From: Candidatus Multivorans sp.
GTDB taxonomy: Bacteria; Acidobacteriota; Thermoanaerobaculia; Multivoradales; Multivoraceae
Direction: 5' to 3'
NCBI GenBank assembly: GCA_965224025.1
Contig: OZ245033.1
Location: 2,016,001-2,080,000 of the forward strand
DNA length: 64,000 bases
Shown in pieces: positions 16,384 through 25,475 of this stretch. Position numbers and translations under genes: made by a program. Positions within the stretch are counted from its first letter, which is position 1; each line of letters starts with the position of its first letter. The notes below the pieces were generated by a model that did not search any database, was not told the DNA's origin, and saw nothing but the letters and a program-made list of their open reading frames with translations.

Positions 16384-18158
16384 TGCGCCGCCGCCTCGAA
16401 CAGGTGCTGGCCGCCGGCCCCCGGTCGCCCATCTTCCGCTGGGAGACCTGGCGGACGTTGTGGCCCCTTCGCCGCCGGGTTCAGGCGGCGCTGCTGGCCG
16501 TGCTCGTGGTGGCGGCGTTCTCGTCGTGGCGGGTTCAGCGGCAGGTCGGACAGGCGCGGCTGGAGCTTCGTCTGGCGGAAGCGGCGACTGCCGGCGAGGA
16601 GTTCGAAGAGCTTGCCGATTGGGCCCCCGGCCTGCTCAGCCTGGCGGCCCGCCACGCGGCCGGAGAGGGCCGCTGGCGCGAGGTGGCGGCGTTGTACGAG
16701 GACCACGCCGAACACCTGCCGCCGGCGCTGCTGGCGGCGGCCGAGGTGGAACTCGGGCTGAACCGTGCCGGGGACCAGGCCGCCGCGGCCAGTTCGGACG
16801 AGGAAGCGGCGACAGAATCGCTCCCGGATGAACCGCCGCCGGCGTCTGCGTTCGAACGGCGCCTGCAGCGAGCGCAGGAAGTTGACGCCTCGGGGGTGCA
16901 GCAACTGCTCTTCGACCGGCGGGGCCGGCCGCTGGGATCGATCGGCGACGACCGTTCGCTGACGCTGGTGGAGGATCTGCCGGCCGGCCTGGTGCCGGTC
17001 GAGTTGGCGACCCACCTGTTGCCACCCGCCCTTCAGCCTCCGGGTCTTGCCGCCGCCGGACCGGGGGCGATGAGCGGCGCCGCCGCGGCGCGAGCGTTGC
17101 GCCTGACGATCGACCGGGCCTGGAGCGAGGTAGCCGACAAGGCGCTGGGCCGGGAGGAGGGAGCGATCGCGATCGTGGAGATCCCCTCGGGCGCGGTCCT
17201 GGCGGCGGTGAGCAATCGCAGTCGAAGCCGCCGGTGGCGGTCGAACGGCGACAGCGTCCTCGATCCGCGCGAGCCGGCCTCGATCGCCAAGCTGATCACG
17301 ACGACGGCGGCAATGCGGGCCGGTCTCGACCCCGACCAGGAGATCGCCGACATGACCTGCCGCGGCTCGGTGCTGATGGACGGTCAGCGGCTGTACTGCG
17401 CCGCGATCAACGGCCGGCTCGGAGGGCTCGCCGATGCGATGGCCAGTAGCTGCAACGTCGCCTTCGCCAAGCTGGCGATCGACGTGGGCGACCGGGCGCT
17501 GGTCGAAGAGTACGAACGCTTCGGCTTCGTGATCGGCGGCAGAAACGGCGAGCCGGTGCCGAGAAACGCCGTCGGCGTGGTGCATGAGTACCGTCACCCG
17601 GGCAAGCAGCTCGGCGATCTCTCGATCGGCCTCGAGGAGGCTTCGATCACGCCGTTGGGGGCCGCCTTGTTTGCCGCCACCCTCTCGGACGGCCGCCGCC
17701 GCGAGCCGAGCTTCGTTCTGCAGGCGGACGGACTCATGGGCATCTCGCCGCGGACACCGGCCGGCGACGGTCCGCGCCGGGGCGTCGAGGTTCTCGACCC
17801 GTCCTGGCTGCCGGTGCTGCACGAGTCGATGCGAGCCGTCGTTTCGCCCGGCGGGACGGCGAACCGGGTGGCGCCGAAGCGTCTCCGGGTAGCGATGAAG
17901 ACGGGCACGGCGCGCGATCCGGACAAGCCGTTCCACGTGAACTACGCCGGCTTCTTCCCCTCCGACGAGAGGCAGCCGCCCCGGTACGCCTTCGCGGTAC
18001 GGGTCACCGGCCAGCCAACGTCGGCACGGGTTCGCCGCGCCGCGTACGCCGTCACGTTCCGTCTGCTGCGGGCGCTCGACAGGCTGGTCGGCGAGGAGAT
18101 CGAGGCGGCGTCCCGGGTTCCGCAACGGCACGCGGGAGCGACCGGAGCGAGCAAGTGA
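16383..18158 (+). CDS. Penicillin-binding transpeptidase-domain protein
   Basis: SxxK (PASIAK), SxN (SCN), KTGT motifs; N-terminal transmembrane segment. Confidence 0.85.
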   Translation: MRRRLEQVLAAGPRSPIFRWETWRTLWPLRRRVQAALLAVLVVAAFSSWRVQRQVGQARLELRLAEAATAGEEFEELADWAPGLLSLAARHAAGEGRWREVAALYEDHAEHLPPALLAAAEVELGLNRAGDQAAAASSDEEAATESLPDEPPPASAFERRLQRAQEVDASGVQQLLFDRRGRPLGSIGDDRSLTLVEDLPAGLVPVELATHLLPPALQPPGLAAAGPGAMSGAAAARALRLTIDRAWSEVADKALGREEGAIAIVEIPSGAVLAAVSNRSRSRRWRSNGDSVLDPREPASIAKLITTTAAMRAGLDPDQEIADMTCRGSVLMDGQRLYCAAINGRLGGLADAMASSCNVAFAKLAIDVGDRALVEEYERFGFVIGGRNGEPVPRNAVGVVHEYRHPGKQLGDLSIGLEEASITPLGAALFAATLSDGRRREPSFVLQADGLMGISPRTPAGDGPRRGVEVLDPSWLPVLHESMRAVVSPGGTANRVAPKRLRVAMKTGTARDPDKPFHVNYAGFFPSDERQPPRYAFAVRVTGQPTSARVRRAAYAVTFRLLRALDRLVGEEIEAASRVPQRHAGATGASK

Positions 18159-21100
18159 CAACAAGCGCGGGCGGCGGGAAGCCGCCCGTTCGCCGGCGCT
18201 ACCGGCCGGCGATCGGCCCCAGGCTGAAGCCTCTGCTGTGGGTGGTCTTCGGACTGTTCGCTCTGCTGGCGGTGAACTCGTTCTACCTCTCCGGCGTCCG
18301 CGTCGCGGAGGCGGCGACCGGCGAGACGTACCAGAACTGGTTCTACATCTCGATGTTCCTGCTCCATCTGGCGGTGGGTGGTCTGTTCGTGGCGCCGGTG
18401 ATCTGGTTCGGCTTGGCGCACATGCGCAACGCGCGAAATCGCCCCAACCGGCGCGCGGTCAAGGTCGGTTACGCCCTGTTCGGGACCGCGCTCGTGCTGC
18501 TCTTCAGCGGCATCGTGCTGACGCGGATCGAAGGTGTGATCACGGTGAACGATCCGGCGGTCCGCGGCGTCGCCTACTGGCTGCACGTCCTGGCGCCCCT
18601 GGTGGCTGCCTGGCTGTTCGTGCTGCACCGGCTTGCGGGCAAGCGCATCAACTGGCGGATCGGCGCGCGCGTGGCGGCCGCCGCCGTGGTCCTGGTCGGC
18701 GTGGCGCTGGTGCTGCAGTTCCAGGATCCGCGGGCGTGGAACGTGGAAGGACCGGAGTCGGGCGAGCAGTACTTCTTCCCGGCCCTGGCGCGCACCGCGA
18801 GCGGCGGTTTCATCCCCGAGCGGGCATTGATGAACGACGCTTACTGCGTCGACTGTCACGCCGACATCCACGGCCGATGGACCTACAGCGCTCACCGCTT
18901 CAGCTCCTTCAACAACCCCGCCTACAGCTTCTCCGTCCAGGAGACCCGCGAGAAGGCGTACGAGCGCTCGGGCGACGTGCAGGCGTCGCGCTTCTGCGCC
19001 GGCTGCCACGACCCGGTCGTGTTCTTCTCGGGCGCCTTCGACGACCCGGAGTTCGACGTCGACCAGCCGGCGGCCCACGCCGGAATCACCTGCACGTCCT
19101 GCCATGCGATCACCCATGTCAACAGTCCGCGCGGCAACGCCGACTACACGATCGAGGAGCCGCAGCACTATCCGTTCGCCTTCGCGGATTCGGCTTTCCT
19201 CAAGTTCGTCAACCACCAACTGGTCAAGGCGAAGCCCGAACTGCACAAGCGAACCTTCCTCAAGCCCCTGCACACGACCGCGGAGTTCTGCGGCACCTGC
19301 CACAAGGTCCACTTGCCGGAGGAGTTGAACCACTACAAGTTTCTGCGCGGGCAGAACCACTACGACTCGCACCTTCTCTCCGGCGTGTCCGGGCACGGGG
19401 TGGCGAGCTTCTACTATCCGCCCGAGGCCAAGCCGAACTGCAACGGCTGCCACATGGACCTGCTGCCGTCGGACGACTTCGGTTCCCGCCGGTACCCGGC
19501 GAGCGACCAGCCTGGTGTCACCCAGGTCCACGACCACCTGTTCCCGTCCGCCAACACCGGGATTCCCCACCTGCTCGACTTCCCGGACTGGGTGATCGAG
19601 GCGCACCGCGCGTTCAACGAGGGCGTCGTTGACATCGACATCTTCGGCGTCAAGCCGGGCGGCGCGATCGAGGGCGAGTTGATCGCGCCGGTGCGCCCCG
19701 AGATACCGGCGCTCGCGGCGGGCGAGGAGTACCTGCTGGAGGTCGTCGTGCGGACCCTCGGTCTGGGCCACCACCTGACTCAGGGCACGGCCGACTCCAA
19801 CCAGCTCTGGCTCGACATCGCGGTGCGCGACGACAGCGGCCGGCTGGTGGGCCGGAGCGGCGGACTGGGCGAAGGCAACCGGGTAGACCCGTGGTCGCAC
19901 TTCATCAACGTCTACATGCTCGACCGCGACGGCGCGCGCATCGATCGCCGCAACGCAGAGGACATCTTCGTGCCGCTCTACGATCACCAGATTCCGCCGG
20001 GGGCGGGCGACGTGACCCACTACCGGATGGAAGTTCCGCGCGCCGGCGCCACCACGAGCCTGACGGTCGAGGCGGTGCTCCGCTACCGCAAGTTCGACAC
20101 GAAGTACCTGCGCTACATCTACGGCGAGGAGACGGTCAACGAACTGCCGATCTTGGACCTGGCCCGGGACGCGGTGACCTTCCCGGTCGGCCCTGGGAAC
20201 CCGGGCGTCTCGCCCGCATTCGGTCCTGGGAACGCGGGCGTCTCGCCCGCATCCGGCCCTGGGAACGCGGGCGTCCCGCCCGCATCCGGTCCTGGGAGCG
20301 CGGGCGTCTCGCCCGCATCCGGTCCGGTCGTCCGTGCACCCGCCAAGCAGTTGTGGCAACGCTGGAACGACTACGGCATCGGCCTCCTGCGCAAGGGCGG
20401 CACCGGTCGCGGCGAGCTCCGGCAGGCGATCGAGGCCTTCACTCGCGTGGAGGAGTTGGGCCGTCCGGACGGGCCGCTCAACCTCGCCCGGGTGTACCTG
20501 GCGCAGGGCACGGTCACGGATGATGCGATCGCCGCGCTCGAACGGGCCGCCACCTTCGAGCCGCCGGCCCCGGCCTGGTCGGTGGCCTGGTTCAGCGGAC
20601 TGGTCAACTTCCAGAACGGCGCCGTGGACGAGGCGATCGCGAACTTCCGCTCGATCCTCGAGGCTGACAGCGAAGAGATGCGGCGACGCGGCTTCGACTT
20701 CAGCCGCGACGTGCGGCTTCAGAACCAGCTCGGTCTGGCCCTGTTCGAGCGGGCCAAGCGGGAGCGTGGGCCGGCCCGTGCGGAGGCGCGGACGGGACGG
20801 CTCAATGAGGCGAGGGAGTCGTTCGAGCGCGGACTGGCGATCGACCCGGAGAACGTGACCGCGCACTACAACCTGGGTCTGATTTACTCTCAACTCGGCG
20901 ACCGCGAGGCGGCCGACCGGCATCAGGCACTCCACGCGAAGTACAAGCCGGACGACAACGCCCGCGACCGGGCGATCGCCATCGCACGCCTCGCCGACCC
21001 GGCCGCCGATCATGCCGCGGAGGCGATCGTGATCTACGACCTGCATAGGCCCGAGCGCTTCGAAGGCGACCGGCCGGGGGTCACCGGAGCCGGCGGTTGA
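18155..21100 (+). CDS. Membrane-anchored pentaheme c-type cytochrome with C-terminal TPRs
   Basis: About 5 N-terminal transmembrane helices; CVDCH, CAGCH, CTSCH, CGTCH, CNGCH; TPR motifs (WNDYGIGL, AHYNLGLIY). Confidence 0.88.
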   Translation: MTTSAGGGKPPVRRRYRPAIGPRLKPLLWVVFGLFALLAVNSFYLSGVRVAEAATGETYQNWFYISMFLLHLAVGGLFVAPVIWFGLAHMRNARNRPNRRAVKVGYALFGTALVLLFSGIVLTRIEGVITVNDPAVRGVAYWLHVLAPLVAAWLFVLHRLAGKRINWRIGARVAAAAVVLVGVALVLQFQDPRAWNVEGPESGEQYFFPALARTASGGFIPERALMNDAYCVDCHADIHGRWTYSAHRFSSFNNPAYSFSVQETREKAYERSGDVQASRFCAGCHDPVVFFSGAFDDPEFDVDQPAAHAGITCTSCHAITHVNSPRGNADYTIEEPQHYPFAFADSAFLKFVNHQLVKAKPELHKRTFLKPLHTTAEFCGTCHKVHLPEELNHYKFLRGQNHYDSHLLSGVSGHGVASFYYPPEAKPNCNGCHMDLLPSDDFGSRRYPASDQPGVTQVHDHLFPSANTGIPHLLDFPDWVIEAHRAFNEGVVDIDIFGVKPGGAIEGELIAPVRPEIPALAAGEEYLLEVVVRTLGLGHHLTQGTADSNQLWLDIAVRDDSGRLVGRSGGLGEGNRVDPWSHFINVYMLDRDGARIDRRNAEDIFVPLYDHQIPPGAGDVTHYRMEVPRAGATTSLTVEAVLRYRKFDTKYLRYIYGEETVNELPILDLARDAVTFPVGPGNPGVSPAFGPGNAGVSPASGPGNAGVPPASGPGSAGVSPASGPVVRAPAKQLWQRWNDYGIGLLRKGGTGRGELRQAIEAFTRVEELGRPDGPLNLARVYLAQGTVTDDAIAALERAATFEPPAPAWSVAWFSGLVNFQNGAVDEAIANFRSILEADSEEMRRRGFDFSRDVRLQNQLGLALFERAKRERGPARAEARTGRLNEARESFERGLAIDPENVTAHYNLGLIYSQLGDREAADRHQALHAKYKPDDNARDRAIAIARLADPAADHAAEAIVIYDLHRPERFEGDRPGVTGAGG
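20188..20325. repeat. Four tandem 33-bp REP-like units in frame within CDS
   Basis: Unit CGGYCCTGGGAACGCGGGCGTCTCGCCCGCATC at 20188, 20221, 20254, 20287; encodes GPGNAGVSPAS-like repeats. Confidence 0.9.
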
Positions 21101-22962
21101 GTCCCGACCGGCCGGGAGACGAGCTCGTAGCCGAAGACGACGCCGTCATCGGCCGGACGTTCGTCGCCTCGATCAAGGTCCTGATGGCACTGGCCGCTGC
21201 GGCGTTGATCGTCGTTACGCTTCGCTACGTGTTCAGGGCGGCGCCCGAGGAGGCGCGGGAGATCCCGGTCGCGGCGCCGCGGCCGGTGGCTGCGGCGCCT
21301 GAGGTTCCGGTCATCCCCTTCACGGACATCACCGAGGAGGCCGGCATCGACTTCGTCCATGTCAACGGCGCCGAGGGCGAGGCCCTGCTGCCGGAGACGA
21401 TGGGTTCGGGCGCGGCCTTCTTCGACTTCGACCGGGACGGCGACCAGGACCTGCTGCTCGTCAACTCGACCGAGTGGAACGCGGCGCCGGAGACCGGTCC
21501 GACGATGGCGCTGTACGAGAACGACGGCGCCGGGCGGTTTGCCGACCGGACCGCCGCACTCGGCCTGGCGGCGAGCTTCTACGGCACCGGCGTCGCGGTC
21601 GGCGACATGGACAATGACGGCTGGGTCGATCTGTTCATCTCCGCGGTGGGGCCGAACCGCCTGTTTCGGAACGTGGAAGGCGCCCGCTTCGAGGACGTGA
21701 CCGCGGCGGCGGGCGTCGCCGGCGACGCCACCGAGTGGAGCAGCAGCAGCGCCTTCTTCGACGCCGACGGGGACGGCGACCTCGATCTGCTGGTGGGCAA
21801 CTACGTCCGCTGGTCGCGCGAGATCGACATCGAGGTCGGCTACCAGTTGACTGGCGTTGGGCGCGCCTATGGACCGCCGCTGAACTACGGCGGAACGACC
21901 ATGGACCTCTATCGGAATGACGGTTCGGGAGTGTTCACCGACATATCCGAGCAGGCCGGAATGCACATCCTGAACCCGGCCACGGACACGCCGGTGGCGA
22001 AGACGCTGGGGCTGGCGCCGGTGGATGTCGAGGGCGACGGCGACATCGACGTGCTGGTGGCCAACGACACGGTGCGCAACTTCCTGCTCGTGAACGACGG
22101 CGGCGGCGTGTTCACCGAGCAGGGGGGAACCTACGGCCTCGCCTACAGCCGCGAGGGAGCGGCCACCGGCGCGATGGGCGCCGACGCCGCCGACTTCCGC
22201 AACGACGGCGAGCTCGGCTTCGCGATCGCGAACTTCGCCAACGAGATGACCTCGCTCTACGTCTCTCAGGGCGATCCGACGCTGTGGAGCGACGAGGCGA
22301 TCACCGCCGGAATCGGCGCGCCCAGCCGCCGCGTGCTCAGCTTCGGGCTCTTCTTCTTCGACTACGACCTGGACGGACGGCTCGACCTGCTCCAGGTCAA
22401 CGGCCACCTCGAGGACGACATCGAGGTTGTGGAACCCAGCCAGCGCTACCGGCAGGCGCCGCAGTTGTTCTGGAACGCCGGGCCGGACGCGGCGTCGACC
22501 TTCGTACCGGTCACGCCGGCGCCCGGCGACGGACTCACCCGTGAGCTGGTGGGCCGAGGCTCCACCTACGCCGACATCGACGGCGACGGCGACCTGGACG
22601 TGCTGCTGCTCCAGACCGGCGACCGGCCGGTGCTGCTGCGCAACGACCAGGAAACCGGGCACCGCTGGCTGCGCTTCCTGCTGCGCGGCGATGGAGCGCA
22701 GGTGAACCGCGGCGCCGTCGGCGCCTGGGTCGAGATCGAGCAGCGAACCGCGGCTGGTCCCGTCGTCCAGCGGCGCCGGGTCATGCCGACTCGCAGCTAC
22801 CAGAGCCAGGTCGAGCCGGTGGTCACGATCGGCTTTGGCGATGTGGCGTCGGTCGAAGACCTTGTACGTGTGGAGGTGGTCTGGCCTGACGGCGCCCGGC
22901 AGTCGGTCGAGGTCGCCGGGCTCGACCGGGAGATCGAGGTGGTGTACAGGGCACCGAACTGA
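21097..22962 (+). CDS. CRTAC1-family protein (FG-GAP repeats + ASPIC/UnbV domain)
   Basis: LPETMGSGAAFFDFDRDGDQDL, multiple DxDxDGxxDL repeats, GAVGAWV...SYQSQ. Confidence 0.9.
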   Translation: MSPDRPGDELVAEDDAVIGRTFVASIKVLMALAAAALIVVTLRYVFRAAPEEAREIPVAAPRPVAAAPEVPVIPFTDITEEAGIDFVHVNGAEGEALLPETMGSGAAFFDFDRDGDQDLLLVNSTEWNAAPETGPTMALYENDGAGRFADRTAALGLAASFYGTGVAVGDMDNDGWVDLFISAVGPNRLFRNVEGARFEDVTAAAGVAGDATEWSSSSAFFDADGDGDLDLLVGNYVRWSREIDIEVGYQLTGVGRAYGPPLNYGGTTMDLYRNDGSGVFTDISEQAGMHILNPATDTPVAKTLGLAPVDVEGDGDIDVLVANDTVRNFLLVNDGGGVFTEQGGTYGLAYSREGAATGAMGADAADFRNDGELGFAIANFANEMTSLYVSQGDPTLWSDEAITAGIGAPSRRVLSFGLFFFDYDLDGRLDLLQVNGHLEDDIEVVEPSQRYRQAPQLFWNAGPDAASTFVPVTPAPGDGLTRELVGRGSTYADIDGDGDLDVLLLQTGDRPVLLRNDQETGHRWLRFLLRGDGAQVNRGAVGAWVEIEQRTAAGPVVQRRRVMPTRSYQSQVEPVVTIGFGDVASVEDLVRVEVVWPDGARQSVEVAGLDREIEVVYRAPN

Positions 22963-23043
22963 CGGAACGCCCACATGAACTCCCGGCCTGCTAGCCTGTT
23001 GGCCAAGGTTCCTGATTGGCACGGTATCTCCTGGAGGACTTCC

Positions 23044-23973
23044 ATGTGCGATAGACGCCCCTTCATTGCGTTCGGCTGTCTGGTCTTTCTGTTCGTGTCC
23101 ACCCTGCCGGCGCTCGGCCAGGAAGAGGTCGAGGTCCTGACGAACGAGGATGTCGTTCGACTGACCCAGAGCGGACTTCCGGCGTCGGTCATCGTCGCCA
23201 AGATCAGGAGTTCCCAGACAGACTTCGACACGTCGGTCGACGCCCTGGTTGCGCTTTCTCAGGCACAGGTGGATGCGGAAGTGCTGGAGTCGATGACGAA
23301 CGCCGGCGCTGAGGCGGCGTCCACCGGTGGCGATGCGGCGGAGGCGGGTACTCTCGACATCGTGACCGGGACACGTGCATCGCAGGTCGCCAATGTCGCC
23401 TCGAACTTCGAGGGAACGCCCTGCAAGAGCCCTGGCATCTTTCTCTCGGAAGAGGGTTCACTGGTTGACCTGGAACTGACTCAGCCGACCTCGACCAGGA
23501 CCGGCAGCGGAGTTCTCTCGAGCTTGACCTACGGCATCAAGTCGACCAAGGCGAAGGCGATGATCCGCGGCGCCCGTTCACAGGTCCGCACGAGCCAGAG
23601 GCAGCCGACCTTCTACTTCTGCTTCGAGGAGGCGCAAGCCGGCCTGTCCTACCAGACGACCGGCGCCGTGAACCCCTCCGAGTTCGTACTGATCGCCTTC
23701 GACGTCCTGAAGAAGAAGGACCAGCGCTCTTTCGTCACGGGCAAGCTGAATCTCTGGACCGGAGCTTCAGGGGGCTCGCCGCCGAAGCAGTTGCGGCAGG
23801 TTGAATACAAGAAGGTCGTTCCAGGTGTGTACGAAGTGACCTCGCAGCGGCTGGAGTCGGACGAGTACGCCTTCTACTACGGTGGTCAGGCAACAGCGCT
23901 CATCGGCTTCTTCGGTCCGGCCCTCGGCGGCGCCTCGGCTTCGGGGAAGGTCTTCGCCTTCGGCGTCGACTGA
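23044..23973 (+). CDS. Secreted hypothetical protein
   Basis: GGAGGA RBS, signal peptide, LTNEDVVRL..SGL...IVAKI motif, coding-like codon usage. Confidence 0.75.
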   Translation: MCDRRPFIAFGCLVFLFVSTLPALGQEEVEVLTNEDVVRLTQSGLPASVIVAKIRSSQTDFDTSVDALVALSQAQVDAEVLESMTNAGAEAASTGGDAAEAGTLDIVTGTRASQVANVASNFEGTPCKSPGIFLSEEGSLVDLELTQPTSTRTGSGVLSSLTYGIKSTKAKAMIRGARSQVRTSQRQPTFYFCFEEAQAGLSYQTTGAVNPSEFVLIAFDVLKKKDQRSFVTGKLNLWTGASGGSPPKQLRQVEYKKVVPGVYEVTSQRLESDEYAFYYGGQATALIGFFGPALGGASASGKVFAFGVD

Positions 23974-24046
23974 AGCCGCCTTGACGACACGCCGGTCAAC
24001 ACCTTGACGACGAACCGCCCTTCGCGGCGGAGGGCGATGGGCAGAA

Positions 24047-25444
24047 GTGGGCCGCGATGAAGCGGCGTCCGCTCGGTGTGGCGGTGGCGGTGTCGCGGGT
24101 CTTGCGGTCGCGGCGCTGCCATCGGCGGCGCAGACGATCGCCCTGACCGACGTCAGCATCATCGACGGCACGGTCGGTCCCGTCCAGGAGGACATGACGA
24201 TCGCGATCGCGGGCGAGCGGATCGCGTCGATTGCGGAGGGTCCGTACCGGGCCACTGACGGCGGCGACGCGGCCGACGTCCACGATCTCGACGGCGCCTG
24301 GGTGCTGCCCGGGTTCTGGAACATGCACACCCATCTGAGCGTGATGTTCCCGCACAACCACGCCCTGGACGACGAACGGACGCCATCCAAGGTCATCCGC
24401 GCGGGACTGAACGCTATAGACGGGCTGCGCCACGGCTTCACCAGCGTGCGCTCGGTGGGCGAGGAGAACTACATCGACGTCGCCTGGCAGCGGGCGTTCG
24501 ACCAGGGGTTCTTCCTCGGTCCGCGGGTCTTCGCCAGCGGCGAGCCGGTGAGTCCGACCGCCGGGCATCGGGGTTCGGTCGCGGAAGGCGCCGACGGCGT
24601 GGCCGCGATCCGCAAGGAGGTGCGGTCGCGGGTTCAGAACGGCGCCCGTGCGATCAAGCTGTTCAGCGTCGAGATGCTGCCGGACGAGCTGGAGGCGGCG
24701 GTCCAGACGGCGCGCAGTCTCGGTGTTCACGTCACTTCGCATGTCCGCGAACCGGGGGCGCGGGCCGCGGTGGAGGCCGGGGTGGACTGTCTCGAGCATG
24801 GCTACGGGCTGACCGACGAGACGATCGAGCTGATGGCCGAGAAGGGGACGTTCTACGACCCGACGATCATCTGCAACCTGAGCGCCGAGTACATTGCCGA
24901 GCGCGAGGCGCGGTTGGCGGAACTCGGATACGCGGAGGACGAGGAGATCGTGCGGTTGCGGACGATGGTCGCTTTTGCTGACGAACGGTCGCCGGAGTTC
25001 GCACGCGAACAGCGGCGCATCCTGGCGAAAGCGGCCGAGGCGGGCGTGAAGCTGCTGATCGGTTCGGACTCGATGCCGATCGGCGAGATGGGGTTCCTGG
25101 AGATGGAGCAGTTCGTCATCTCCGGGGTCAGCGAGATGGACACGATCCTCGCGGCGACCCGCAACGCGGCCGAGGTGCAGGGCCTGCTCGACGTTCTCGG
25201 CACGGTCGAGGAGGGGAAGCTGGCCGACCTAGTCGTCCTGGGGGACAGTCCGCTCGAGAACATCTCGAACATCCGCAAGACCGTGATGGTGCTCAAGGGC
25301 GGCGTCGTGGTCGACCTGGACGGGCAGCTCGGAACGGCGACCTACTGGGACTACTACGGCCCGATGGAGCTGCCCGAGGGTTTCCTCGCGGAGTCCGAGG
25401 AAGCGGCAGGCTTTCAGCGCGGGGCGACGGCAGACGATCAGTAG
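24047..25444 (+). CDS. Metal-dependent amidohydrolase (secreted; possible frameshift in signal peptide)
   Basis: LPGFWNMHTH, IK, SH, LEHG, GSD, ATRNAA, GKLADLVV. Confidence 0.88.
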   Translation: MGRDEAASARCGGGGVAGLAVAALPSAAQTIALTDVSIIDGTVGPVQEDMTIAIAGERIASIAEGPYRATDGGDAADVHDLDGAWVLPGFWNMHTHLSVMFPHNHALDDERTPSKVIRAGLNAIDGLRHGFTSVRSVGEENYIDVAWQRAFDQGFFLGPRVFASGEPVSPTAGHRGSVAEGADGVAAIRKEVRSRVQNGARAIKLFSVEMLPDELEAAVQTARSLGVHVTSHVREPGARAAVEAGVDCLEHGYGLTDETIELMAEKGTFYDPTIICNLSAEYIAEREARLAELGYAEDEEIVRLRTMVAFADERSPEFAREQRRILAKAAEAGVKLLIGSDSMPIGEMGFLEMEQFVISGVSEMDTILAATRNAAEVQGLLDVLGTVEEGKLADLVVLGDSPLENISNIRKTVMVLKGGVVVDLDGQLGTATYWDYYGPMELPEGFLAESEEAAGFQRGATADDQ

Positions 25445-25475
25445 CAGTCAACGCGACATCGAAGGAGGACGGCGA

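Noticed and set aside
20188-20325. Possible CRISPR array (33-bp palindromic repeats)
   Set aside because: Units are directly abutting with no unique spacers, lie in frame in a CDS, and no cas genes are present.
17942-21046. Very long antisense ORFs (1034 aa here; also 655..2178, 21034..23022, 55377..57719)
   Set aside because: Shadow ORFs opposite well-supported genes, expected from high-GC codon bias; no recognisable motifs.
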